Source: Planctomycetota bacterium (GTDB taxonomy: Bacteria; Planctomycetota; UBA1135; UBA2386). Taken from it: 53,579 nucleotides of DNA. The translations under genes and the position numbers were made by a program. The stretch lies in assembly GCA_020849665.1 (NCBI GenBank), contig JADLFX010000020.1:1-53579 (forward strand), written 5' to 3'. Positions 19,455 through 28,586 of this stretch are shown here, one piece after another (the stretch's first letter is position 1; every line of letters begins with the position of its first letter). The notes under the pieces were generated by a model, which was given only the letters and a program-made list of their open reading frames with translations, was not told the DNA's origin and made no database searches.

Positions 19455-20726
19455 TCAGAGGATCTTGCGCGACGGGACCACGAGGTTGGCCAGCAGCAGG
19501 CCTGCGACGAGCGAGGCTGCCACCATGACCATGCGGAACGCGGCCGGCACGCCCGCGAGCACGTCCTCGCGCAGCAGCGCCCCGATGCTGGTGAGTCCCA
19601 GGCTGCCGGGCACCAGCATCAGGATGGCCGGCACGCTGGTGACCTGCGCCGGGCGCTGCGAGACGCGCGCGTAGACGTTGCTGTAGAGGCCCACGCAGAA
19701 CGCGCCGAACGCCGCGCCGAACGCGAGGTCGACCCGGGGTCCGAGCAGCGTCCCGCCGAAGCGCGCGGCGAAGAACGCCACGAGGCAGGCGGGCACGATC
19801 CATGGGACGTCGCGGAGCCGCGCGCGGAACAGGATGGCGAAGCTCACCGGCGCGACCAGCGCCCCCGCCCACAGCACCTCCGCCGGCAGCGGCGGCAGCA
19901 CCGGCGCGGCGGGCGGCTGCAGTCCGGCGGCTGCGGCGGCGGCGGTGCCCAGGCCCACACCCACGCCCAGCAGGAGCAGGGTCATGATCGCGCCCATCAG
20001 CCGCGCGGTCCCCGCGGCGAGGTGCTGGACCGCGAGTTCGTGCATGGCGACGGTGAGGCGCAGGCCGGGAAGCAGCACGATCAGCCCCGCGAGCATGGTG
20101 CGCCAGGGATCGAGGCCGCCGAGGTACACCGCGAACGCGTGGGTGAGCAGCGCCGCGCAGAACGCGGCCACCGCCTCGGAGAGTCGGGCCATGCGCTGGC
20201 GCAGCCCCATCCAACCCTCCACCACGCCGACCACGAGCCCGATACCCGCGGTGGCGACCACCTCGCGCGCCGTGCCACCGAGGAACACGTTCGAGGCGGC
20301 GCAGGCGGCGGCCGTGGCGACCAGCATGACCGGGGCGGGATAGCGCTCGCCCCGCGCCAGGACGTCGTCGATCCGCGCGATCCCCTCGGTCGGAGTGAGG
20401 TCGGCGTCGTACACCTGGTTGGCGATGCGATCGAGGTCGACGAGTCGGCCCAGGTCCGCGCTGCCCGGCTCCAGGCGGATCAGGTGGGTCGTGGCGGGGC
20501 CCCGCACCTGCAGGGTGGCGAAGAGGGCCGTGGGGGTGCAGAAGAACTCGCCGTGCACGCCGAGCCGCCCGGCCAGGAGGCCGAGCCACTCCTCGATCCG
20601 GTCGGTGGGCGTGCCGTAGCGGTGCAGGGCCTTGCCCAGGCGCAGGATGAACATGGTCGCCCCCTGGCCGTCGTCGACCTCCGGGATAGGCGACCGCGGG
20701 GCGTCGCCGGCTGCACCTCTGGCCAT
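19455..20726 (-). CDS. Threonine/serine exporter family protein (ThrE, DUF1212 + DUF3815 fused). The start is uncertain (Met30 or Met54 of the ORF).
   Basis: LRLGKALHRYGTPTDRIEEWL motif of DUF1212, followed by about 10 TM helices. The Arg/Gly-rich N-terminal extension of the ORF was rejected. Confidence 0.75.
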   Translation of the reverse strand: MARGAAGDAPRSPIPEVDDGQGATMFILRLGKALHRYGTPTDRIEEWLGLLAGRLGVHGEFFCTPTALFATLQVRGPATTHLIRLEPGSADLGRLVDLDRIANQVYDADLTPTEGIARIDDVLARGERYPAPVMLVATAAACAASNVFLGGTAREVVATAGIGLVVGVVEGWMGLRQRMARLSEAVAAFCAALLTHAFAVYLGGLDPWRTMLAGLIVLLPGLRLTVAMHELAVQHLAAGTARLMGAIMTLLLLGVGVGLGTAAAAAAGLQPPAAPVLPPLPAEVLWAGALVAPVSFAILFRARLRDVPWIVPACLVAFFAARFGGTLLGPRVDLAFGAAFGAFCVGLYSNVYARVSQRPAQVTSVPAILMLVPGSLGLTSIGALLREDVLAGVPAAFRMVMVAASLVAGLLLANLVVPSRKIL

Positions 20727-20851
20727 GCCACGGCGATTGTGGAGACGCGGATCCCGCGCCGCCAGGACGGGATGCCTGTCGTACCCGCCGCATGCCCCGC
20801 GTCTTTGCGACACCCCGCGACCGCGCGGACCACCCCTACCCGAGGACTCGC

Positions 20852-22132
20852 ATGCGCACCGCCGCCCTGATCGCCCTGCTCGCCCTGCCGCCCGCCGCCC
20901 AGGAGCCCAGGCCGGCGCCCCCCGCGGACGTCCTGGCCGTGCACGAGTGGGGCACCTTCACGACGATGGTGGGCTCCGACGGCGTCGCGCTGTGCGGACT
21001 GCACCACGAGGAAGAGGCCCTGCCCGCCTTCGTGCACTGTCCCAAGCCCCTGCAGGAGGGCTACCACCGGGGCCTCATGGCCAAGGGCCTGAACGTGCCG
21101 CTCAGCCACGTGACGCTGAAGCTCGAGACTCCGGTGCTCTACGTGCACACCAGGTCGGCCCGCCAGCTGCGGATCGAGGTGGACTTCGCGCAGGGCCTGC
21201 TCACGCAGTGGTATCCACGCGCACGCGGCAGCGGACCGACCCTGCCCGAGTTCCAGGGCCGGCTCGATCTGCGCCGCATCCGACACTCGACGCTGGCCTG
21301 GGACGTCGACGTCCTGCCCGCCGGGCTGCCGGCGGGCACCGCCTACCCGGACGTCGCGATCGACGACCCCTGGGCCATTGCCCGCGAGGTCGAGGCCGCG
21401 CCGCTGCGCGCCCGCGGCCCGGGCGCCGTGGAGGCCGAGCACTACGTGTTCTACCGGGGCCTGGGCACCCATGCGCTCCCGTTCGCGGCGCTCGCCCATG
21501 GCAAGGGCCGCGGCTCGTTCCGCAACCGCCACGACCATCTGATCCCGTCGGCGCTCGTTCTGGAGGTGCGCGGCGACCAGGCCCGCCTGCTCACGACCGG
21601 CACGATCGACGCGCAGGGAGCGTGGGACTTCGATCTCGCACCGGTGGAGCTGCGCCCCAAGGAGACCGTGGCCGAACTGGCTCACGCCGCCGTGCGGCGC
21701 GCCCTGGTCGAGGCGGGACTCGCCGCCGACGAGGCACGCGCGTTCGTGCGCACGTGGTCGCGCTCCTGGTTCCTGCAGGACGGCCTGCGCATCCTCTACG
21801 TGGTCCCGCGCGACCTCGTCGACCGCATCCTGCCCCTGCGGATCACGCCGCAGCCGGACCAGTTGGTGCGCGTGCTCCTGGGCCGGATGGAGGTGATCCC
21901 GCCCGAGACCGAGCGCGCCGTGGCCGAGACGCTCCTGGCCCAGCACCGGGGCGACGACGCGCGGGCGAAGTCCTGGGAGACCCTGCTCGCCCTCGGCCGC
22001 TTCCTGGAGCCGCACCTGCGCCGCGCCGCGGCCTCGGCCGAGGATCCCCTGGCGCGCGCGACGGCCACCAGGCTCCTGGGCGAGCAGGACGTCTCGCAGG
22101 ACCAGTTGCTCAAGGACCTGCGCGGCAACTGA
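20852..22132 (+). CDS. Secreted hypothetical protein, about 426 aa.
   Basis: Start trimmed to MRTAALIALLALPPAAQEP (signal peptide). Diverse composition. Divergent from the ThrE gene. Confidence 0.55.
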   Translation: MRTAALIALLALPPAAQEPRPAPPADVLAVHEWGTFTTMVGSDGVALCGLHHEEEALPAFVHCPKPLQEGYHRGLMAKGLNVPLSHVTLKLETPVLYVHTRSARQLRIEVDFAQGLLTQWYPRARGSGPTLPEFQGRLDLRRIRHSTLAWDVDVLPAGLPAGTAYPDVAIDDPWAIAREVEAAPLRARGPGAVEAEHYVFYRGLGTHALPFAALAHGKGRGSFRNRHDHLIPSALVLEVRGDQARLLTTGTIDAQGAWDFDLAPVELRPKETVAELAHAAVRRALVEAGLAADEARAFVRTWSRSWFLQDGLRILYVVPRDLVDRILPLRITPQPDQLVRVLLGRMEVIPPETERAVAETLLAQHRGDDARAKSWETLLALGRFLEPHLRRAAASAEDPLARATATRLLGEQDVSQDQLLKDLRGN

Positions 22133-22177
22133 GCGGCCGGCCCGCGCCCGGCGACCACTCCGCCCGGCGGCGGTGGC

Positions 22178-23209
22178 TCACCCTCCCCCGTGCGCCGAGC
22201 CCACGCTCCGACCCTCGGGCCGAGCGCGCCGGCGCAGCTGGCCGCACGCGGCCTCGACGTCGCCGCCGGTGGAGTTGCGGATCGTGGCCAGGATGCCGCG
22301 ACGCTTGATCTCGCGCACCATCTGCACGGCGCGCTCCTGGCGCGGGCGCGCGAAGGGCAGGCCTGCGACGGGGTTCCACAGGATCAGGTTCACGTAGCCG
22401 CGGGTGCCGCCCAACAACGCGCAGAGCTGCGCCACGTCCTGGTCGGAGTCGTTCACGCCCTCGAGCAGGGTCCACTCCCACTGCACGGGGACGCCCATGC
22501 GGCGGCCGTAGGCGTCGGCCGCGGCGACCAGCTCGGGGAGCGGGTCGCGTCCGGCGTGGGGCAGCAGCTCGCGACGGCGTTCCTCGTCGGCGCAATGCAG
22601 GGAGAACGCCAGGCAGGGCCGCACCTCGGCCTCGGCCATGCGGGCGAACGCGCGCACCGAGCCCACGGTGGACAGCGTCTGGCGCGTCGGGCTGATCAGC
22701 GCCTCGTGCTTCAGCGCCGCGACGGCGGCCAGGACGTTCTCCAGGTTGTGGGTCGGCTCGCCCATGCCCATGAACACGACCCGGTCGATCCGCATCTCGC
22801 GCCGCGCGTGCACGACCTGCTCGAGGATCTCCTGCGCCTCCAGGTTGCGCTTCACCCCGTCCAGGCCGCTGGCGCAGAAGCGGCAGCGCACCGCGCAGCC
22901 GACCTGCGACGACACGCACACGGCTCCCACCGGCATGGCCACGCTCTCCACGCGCTCGCCGTCCGCGAGGCCCACCACCATGCGTACCGAGCCATCGCCC
23001 GACGCCACGCGTTCCAGCACGCGCGAGCCCATGCCCTCGGCCTGCCAGCGCACCAGGAACTCCGCCTCGCCCCGGGTGAGCGTGTGGCCACGCGCCGCGA
23101 ACTCCTCGGGCGCCAGGGCGAGGCCCTGGAACACGAAGCGCAGTGCCAGCCGCGCCTTGGCCGGCGGCAGGGTCGCGCGCAGTGCCTGGAAGGAAGCGGT
23201 GCCGGTCAT
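22178..23209 (-). CDS. rlmN: Radical SAM 23S rRNA/tRNA adenine-C2 methyltransferase (RlmN/Cfr family).
   Basis: CVSSQVGCAVRCRFCASG (CxxxCxxC radical-SAM cluster motif), GMGEP, and a C-terminal second Cys region. Start trimmed to MTGTASFQ. Confidence 0.8.
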   Translation of the reverse strand: MTGTASFQALRATLPPAKARLALRFVFQGLALAPEEFAARGHTLTRGEAEFLVRWQAEGMGSRVLERVASGDGSVRMVVGLADGERVESVAMPVGAVCVSSQVGCAVRCRFCASGLDGVKRNLEAQEILEQVVHARREMRIDRVVFMGMGEPTHNLENVLAAVAALKHEALISPTRQTLSTVGSVRAFARMAEAEVRPCLAFSLHCADEERRRELLPHAGRDPLPELVAAADAYGRRMGVPVQWEWTLLEGVNDSDQDVAQLCALLGGTRGYVNLILWNPVAGLPFARPRQERAVQMVREIKRRGILATIRNSTGGDVEAACGQLRRRARPEGRSVGSAHGGG

Positions 23210-23274
23210 CGGGGCAGGAAGGTTGCGGGAGGCGGTCCGCCCTGGCAAGGGGGCGCGGGGGCTAGGATGCCGCC

Positions 23275-23892
23275 GTGGACCGCGACCCTCCCATGGAGGC
23301 GCTCGACCTCACCCAGCGCCAGCTGCGCTCGGCGCAGGACGGCGACCGGAGCGCGCTGGAGGCGCTCTTCGCGCGCTACCTGCCAAGAGTGCGGGCGATG
23401 GTGGCCGCGCGGATGGGTCGCACGCTGCGCGGCCTCGCCGACCTCGACGACCTGGTGCAGGAGACGCTGCAGGACGCCCTGCTCGGCCTGCGCCAGATCG
23501 ACCAGCGCAACGAGGGGCTCTTCGCCCACTGGCTGGCACGCTGCGTCGAGAACAACCTGCGGGACCTCCTGCGTCGCGGCCAGGCGGCCAAGCGGGGCGG
23601 CGGCAAGGCGCACGCCTTCGCGGACCTGGAGCAGAGCCTGTCGGAGTCGCTCTTTCCCGGCCGCGAACTCTCGGTGAGCCAGGTGGTGCAGGGCCGCGAA
23701 CTCGAGGAGCGGGTCGAGGCCGGGATGCTGCGGCTCGGCGCGCGCTACCGCGAGGTGATCGTGCTGCGCGTGCATGGCGGCCTCGGCTTCCGCGAGATAG
23801 CGGAGGTGATGGGCCTGCCCAGCGAGAACACGGCGAACGTGCTCTTCCTGCGCGCCCGCCAGCGGCTGCGCGAGCTCCTGGAGCCCGGTTAG
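23275..23892 (+). CDS. ECF-type sigma-70 family RNA polymerase sigma factor.
   Basis: Region 2 (LDDLVQETLQDALLGLRQ) and region 4 HTH (YREVIVLRVHGGLGFREIAEVMGLPSENTANVLFLRARQRLRELL). 205 aa. Confidence 0.8.
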   Translation: MDRDPPMEALDLTQRQLRSAQDGDRSALEALFARYLPRVRAMVAARMGRTLRGLADLDDLVQETLQDALLGLRQIDQRNEGLFAHWLARCVENNLRDLLRRGQAAKRGGGKAHAFADLEQSLSESLFPGRELSVSQVVQGRELEERVEAGMLRLGARYREVIVLRVHGGLGFREIAEVMGLPSENTANVLFLRARQRLRELLEPG

Positions 23893-23935
23893 CGCGGCCG
23901 CTGGCGCGGGGTCGGCCCCGGCGGGCCGACCGCCC

Positions 23936-25807
23936 TCAGCTCCCGGCTCCGAGCGCGACCGCCTGCCGCGCCAGCTCCGCGGCTTCCGCCGCGGCACCGG
24001 CGACGTCGCGCAGGCGCTGCACGATCGCGCCCAGGGAGCTCGTGGTCGTGCGCGCCGGACCCGCGTCGGTCCAGGACGCCTCGAGACCGACCTTGACCAC
24101 CACGCCGGACTTGTCGAAGCCGACCTCGGGCTTGAGCGCCAGGGTGCGCTTGTCCTGCACGGTCACGGTCGCGGAGATGCCGGCCAGCGTGTCGCGCAGG
24201 GCCTCGCCGTCGCGCTCACTCAGGGCGATCAGCGTGGCGAGCCCCGCCTCTCCGAGCGCCGCCGCGTCGAACTCGATCGTGGTCTCGCGCGCGAACACGG
24301 GCAGCTTCCACTCGCGCTTGAGGATCAGGGTCGTGGCCCGGCGGGTCATGCTGCCGCTGCGTTCCTCGAACACGGTCTTGATCGCCCGCGTGGTGGTCAT
24401 CGCCACCTCGATTCCCCTGCCGAACCCGGCCTCGTTGGCCTGCTTGGCTCCGCCGACGTCGATCTCCTTCAGGCTGCCGAGCTTCACGCCGGCCGCGAAG
24501 CTGGCGCCCACCGCGTGGGACAGGGTCAGCTCGATCCGCTCCGCGGAGGCGCCGTAGGACTGGTAGGTGCGCACCGTGACCTGGTAGGCGCCGTTCACCT
24601 TGCCGCCCAGTTCGAAGCCGATCGCGTCGCTGAACGTCTTGCTGCCGACCTTGAGGCTCAGCTCGCCGGTCAGCGAGAAGCGCGCCTCGACGCCGTCGCC
24701 GCTCTCGCGCACGAACATGGCCTCCGTCACGAGCCGCACCGCGATGCGCTCGAGGGCGTCGCCGGCGCGCCGGGCGACGGCGAACGCCGCCTCGGCCGCC
24801 GTCAGGATCCGCTCCATGGCCAGCTCGGCAACGCGGCTGCCCAGCGCCGGCCGTGCCGCACGCAGGGCCTGCAGCGAAGCGCGCAGGCCGAGCACGGCGC
24901 GGCGGGCGTGCTGCAGGCGGGCGAGGTTCTCGGTGTTCAGGGCCGAGAACGCGTTGGGCAGCGCCTGCCGCAGGCCGATGCCGAGCAGGCCGCGCGCGAC
25001 CTCGCCGGGCGAGGCGAAGCGGTAGATCTCGTCGGCGCCCAGGCCGATTCCGGCCTCCACGCCCACGTCGTCGGTGGCCTTGACGCCGCAGAGCACCGCC
25101 ACGTCGCGTCCGATCGCGACCAGGTACTCGTCGGCCTCGCGGGTGATCTTCGCGCTGTAGCTCACCGAGCCGCCCAGGGAGAGCGGACCGAAGACGGGCA
25201 CCATCACCTTGCCGCTGAGCTTCGCGAGCAGGCCATCGCCGCTCGAGTTGAGCGCCGTGGTCAGCGCGCCGACCAGATCACGCTCGCGGACCTGTTCCCA
25301 CGCCTCGGCTCCGCGGCAGGGTCCGAGGTCGATGCGCAGGAACGAGAAGTCGGGGGCGGGAGCCGCCTCGGGTGCGGGCGTGCTCGGCGCGGCTTCGATC
25401 GAGATGCGCAGGCCGTTGCTCGCCCGCAGGGCGACCCTGCCGTCGAGCCCCTGCTCGAGCCCGAAGCCCTGGGCCACCAGGCTCCGGCCCGACCACGCGG
25501 CGAGGTCCACCGGGATGGCGAAGCGCCCCTCGGCATCGAAACGGCCGTGGGTGAGCGCGGGCATCGTGCCGGCGTCCGGGGCGACGGCGAGGCAGGCCCC
25601 GTGGCCGGCCTCTCCGCCGCGCACCTCCAGCGTGGCTGGGCTGGTGACCTCGTTCAGGCGGACTTCGAGCAGCTCGGAACGCAGCGCAGGGATGCTGGCG
25701 AAGCCGTGGTCCCGCACCGAGCTGACCTGCCACGGACCTTGGGCCAGCCCAGGGAGGGCCAGGCCAGCCAGGGCGAGAACCACCTTCAACGTCTTGTGTG
25801 CAAACAT
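23936..25807 (-). CDS. Large secreted hypothetical protein, Ala/Gly-rich, about 623 aa.
   Basis: Start trimmed to MFAHKTLKVVLALAGLALPGLAQG (signal peptide); the upstream Arg-rich extension was rejected. Convergent with the sigma factor gene, divergent from the kinase gene. Confidence 0.6.
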   Translation of the reverse strand: MFAHKTLKVVLALAGLALPGLAQGPWQVSSVRDHGFASIPALRSELLEVRLNEVTSPATLEVRGGEAGHGACLAVAPDAGTMPALTHGRFDAEGRFAIPVDLAAWSGRSLVAQGFGLEQGLDGRVALRASNGLRISIEAAPSTPAPEAAPAPDFSFLRIDLGPCRGAEAWEQVRERDLVGALTTALNSSGDGLLAKLSGKVMVPVFGPLSLGGSVSYSAKITREADEYLVAIGRDVAVLCGVKATDDVGVEAGIGLGADEIYRFASPGEVARGLLGIGLRQALPNAFSALNTENLARLQHARRAVLGLRASLQALRAARPALGSRVAELAMERILTAAEAAFAVARRAGDALERIAVRLVTEAMFVRESGDGVEARFSLTGELSLKVGSKTFSDAIGFELGGKVNGAYQVTVRTYQSYGASAERIELTLSHAVGASFAAGVKLGSLKEIDVGGAKQANEAGFGRGIEVAMTTTRAIKTVFEERSGSMTRRATTLILKREWKLPVFARETTIEFDAAALGEAGLATLIALSERDGEALRDTLAGISATVTVQDKRTLALKPEVGFDKSGVVVKVGLEASWTDAGPARTTTSSLGAIVQRLRDVAGAAAEAAELARQAVALGAGS

Positions 25808-25970
25808 GTTGGAACTCCTGTCTCTGGGTTCTGGCCGGACCATCCCGGCCTTCCCCCTGGCTGGCGCAGGCCGGCGGCGAACCTGACACCTCCCGCACGG
25901 GTTTTTCCTCGGGCCAGGCCGCCGGCCGTGGCCGGGATGCGGGTCGGGGCCGATCATCCGGCCCGGGAAC

Positions 25971-27647
25971 ATGGCCCCCGACCCGGCAGGCGAAGCGAGA
26001 ACCGCATTCCTCCAGCGCTACGCGGCGGACCTGGAGCGCGGGAGCGTCCAGGCCCTTGCCGCCTACCAGGCGCTCTTCCCCGGGTTCGAGCGCGAGGTGG
26101 CGGAGGAATATGCCTGCCTGGAGGACGAGGGGGCGCAGACCGCACCGGTCGCGGCTCCGCCCGCCGAGTCAGGCCGCCGCCACCTGGGCAAGTACCTGCT
26201 CGAACGCGAGCTGGGGCGCGGCGGGCAGGCGGTGGTCTACCTCGCCGAAGACGTCGCCCTGGGCCGGCCGGTGGCTCTGAAGGTCCTGCGTGCGGGCACG
26301 ATCGAGTTCGTGTCGCCCGACGACCTCCGGCGCTTCCGCCGCGAGGCCGAGGTCTCGGCGCGGCTCGAGCACCCGGCCATCTGCAGCGTGTACGAGGCCG
26401 GCGAGGCCGAGGGCGTGCCGTACATCGCGATGCGCTACGTACGCGGCACGACGCTGGCTCAGCACATCGCGGCGTGCCGGAGCAGCGGACTGGCCAGCCG
26501 CAGCGCGGCGCTGCCCGCCGGCACGCCGGCGACGGACACCACGAGCTCCTCGCGACGCGGCGAGTTCGACGCCTTGCTGCGGCTCTTCGAGCTCTGCGCG
26601 CGGGCCCTGCACTTCGCCCACGAGCACGGGCTCGTGCACCGCGACGTGAAGCCCGGCAACGTCATGGTGACCGAACAGGGCGAGCCCGTGCTGCTCGACT
26701 TCGGCCTGGCGCGCGTGGAGGCCGAGGAGCACTCGCTCACCGCCTCGGGGGTGGTGTTCGGCACGCCCTACTACATGGCCCCGGAGCAGGTGCGCGGCGA
26801 GGCGCGGGCCGTCGACCGGCGCACCGACGTCTACGGGCTCGGCGTGAGCCTCTACGAGACCCTGACCCTGCAGCGGCCATTCGAGGCGCCGTCGCGCGAG
26901 GCGCTCTACCGGCAGATCCTGCTGCACGAGCCGCGGCCGGTGCGTGCCGTCAACCCGCGCGTGCCGCGCGACCTGCAGATCGTGGTGGAGACCGCCATGG
27001 CCAAGGAACCCGCGCGGCGCTACCAGACCGCCCTGGACCTGGCCGAGGACCTGCGCCGCTTGCGGCAGCGCGAGCCGATCGTGGCGCGCGCCGCGGGACC
27101 GCTGCTGCGCGGGTGGCGCTTCGCCCAGCGCCGCCCCGCGGTGGCGGTCCTGCTCGTGGCGCTGGCGGCGAGCCTCGCGACCGGCGCCGCGCTCCTGGCC
27201 GCGAGCAACCGGCTCCTGAGCGCCAAGGTCGGCGAGTTCACGCGGCTCGCGGACCTGCGCCACGTGGGTCTGCTGGAGCAGGAACTCGACCGGCTCCCCG
27301 CGTACCTCCCCGCCCACGAACCAGCGCTGCGCCGCTGGCTCGAGGACGCACGGCGGGTGCACGGACGGCTGCCCCTGCACCGGCTCACCAGGGAGCGGCT
27401 CACCGCCGACACCGGCGAGGATCCGGTCGCGCGGCAGTGGCAGCTCGACGCCCTGGCGGAGCTGATCGCGCGGCTCGAGCGCTTCGCCGGCCACCGGATC
27501 GCGCTCGCCGAGCGGCGCCTCGAACACGTGCGCAGCGTGGCGCGCCGCACTCTGGAGGACGCATCCGTGGCATGGCGCGCGGCGATCGCCGCGATCGCGG
27601 ACCCGGTCCGCGCGCCGCGCTACCGAGGCCTCAGGATCGAGCCGTAG
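25971..27647 (+). CDS. Serine/threonine protein kinase with one TM segment and a C-terminal helical region. Ends at a TAG that is in frame with the downstream FGE ORF.
   Basis: Hanks-type motifs: LGRGGQAVVY (Gly loop), VALKVL, HRDVKPGNVMV (catalytic loop), DFGLAR, GTPYYMAPE. TM helix RRPAVAVLLVALAASLATGAALLA. Confidence 0.85.
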   Translation: MAPDPAGEARTAFLQRYAADLERGSVQALAAYQALFPGFEREVAEEYACLEDEGAQTAPVAAPPAESGRRHLGKYLLERELGRGGQAVVYLAEDVALGRPVALKVLRAGTIEFVSPDDLRRFRREAEVSARLEHPAICSVYEAGEAEGVPYIAMRYVRGTTLAQHIAACRSSGLASRSAALPAGTPATDTTSSSRRGEFDALLRLFELCARALHFAHEHGLVHRDVKPGNVMVTEQGEPVLLDFGLARVEAEEHSLTASGVVFGTPYYMAPEQVRGEARAVDRRTDVYGLGVSLYETLTLQRPFEAPSREALYRQILLHEPRPVRAVNPRVPRDLQIVVETAMAKEPARRYQTALDLAEDLRRLRQREPIVARAAGPLLRGWRFAQRRPAVAVLLVALAASLATGAALLAASNRLLSAKVGEFTRLADLRHVGLLEQELDRLPAYLPAHEPALRRWLEDARRVHGRLPLHRLTRERLTADTGEDPVARQWQLDALAELIARLERFAGHRIALAERRLEHVRSVARRTLEDASVAWRAAIAAIADPVRAPRYRGLRIEP

Positions 27648-27656
27648 ATCGGCCTC

Positions 27657-28571
27657 GTGCCTTTGGGTCCGGACCCCGACTCGGGCCTGCACGAGTTCGC
27701 GCACCTGGCCTCGGGGGAGGTCCCGCGCCGCAACCCGGACGGCCGGCTCGAGCGGAGCGCGCGCGGCGCGATCGTCCTGGTCCTCCTGCCGGGAGGCACG
27801 TTCACGATGGGCGCCACCCTTCCGGACGCCGCGCATCCCGCGGGCTCGCCCAACGTCGACCTCCAGTGCCTGCCGGCCGAGCGTCCGCCCCATCCGGTCA
27901 CCCTCGCCCCGTTCTTCATGGCGAAACACGAAGTGACGCAGGGGCAGTGGCTGCGCTGCAAGGGCGAGAACCCGAGCCAGCTGCGCCCCAATCACCCGCA
28001 GGGCGATCTGGAGTTCAGCGAGCTGCATCCGGTCGACACGGTCAGCCAGCGCTCGGCCCGCGAGCTCTTCGCCGTCCACGGCCTGATCGTGCCGACCGAG
28101 GCGCAGTGGGAGTACGCCGCCCGCGCCGGCACCACCTCCCCGTGGTGGACCGGGGACGCACCGCACGAGGTGGTGCGCGGCGGCAACGTGCTCGACAGCT
28201 CCGGCCTGCGCGCGGTACCCGAGCCGCTCCCCGCAGATGCGGTCGAACGGCGCGTCGACGACGGGTTCGTGCTCACCGCGCCCGTGGGCTCCTTCGCCGC
28301 CAATGCGTTCGGCCTGCACGACACGATCGGCAACGTCGGCGAGCTGGTGCTCTGCGAGCAGCTCCGCTACGAGAACCCGGTCCGGCCGGGAGACGGGTTG
28401 CGCCAGGACCCGGAGGCCAGGGTCCGCGATCCGCGCCGGGTGATCCTGCGCGGCGGCGGCGCGCTCTATCCGATCGGCGAGGCACGCAGCGCCGCGCGCC
28501 AGAGCGTGACCGAGGACACGACCGCGGCCGAGATCGGCGTGCGGGCCGCCCGAGCGCTCGACCCGAGGTGA
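27657..28571 (+). CDS. Formylglycine-generating-enzyme (FGE/SUMF1-type sulfatase-modifying) domain protein.
   Basis: FMAKHEVTQGQW..., HPVDTVSQRSARELFAVHGLIVPTEAQWEYAARAG, FGLHDTIGNVGELV and RVILRGGGA blocks typical of the FGE-sulfatase fold. Same reading frame as the kinase, 9 nt after its TAG. Confidence 0.8.
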   Translation: MPLGPDPDSGLHEFAHLASGEVPRRNPDGRLERSARGAIVLVLLPGGTFTMGATLPDAAHPAGSPNVDLQCLPAERPPHPVTLAPFFMAKHEVTQGQWLRCKGENPSQLRPNHPQGDLEFSELHPVDTVSQRSARELFAVHGLIVPTEAQWEYAARAGTTSPWWTGDAPHEVVRGGNVLDSSGLRAVPEPLPADAVERRVDDGFVLTAPVGSFAANAFGLHDTIGNVGELVLCEQLRYENPVRPGDGLRQDPEARVRDPRRVILRGGGALYPIGEARSAARQSVTEDTTAAEIGVRAARALDPR

Positions 28572-28586
28572 TCCGCGGCGGCCTCG

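Noticed and set aside
20480-22308. ORFs 20480-22015 - and 20632-22308 + overlapping the secreted protein gene 20852-22132.
   Set aside because: They are alternative frames with low-complexity translations. The chosen frame has a signal peptide and diverse composition.
27645-27657. Treating the STK and FGE ORFs as unrelated adjacent genes.
   Set aside because: They are not rejected as separate features. The possibility that they are a single interrupted gene is kept as a finding, because the frames coincide exactly across one TAG.
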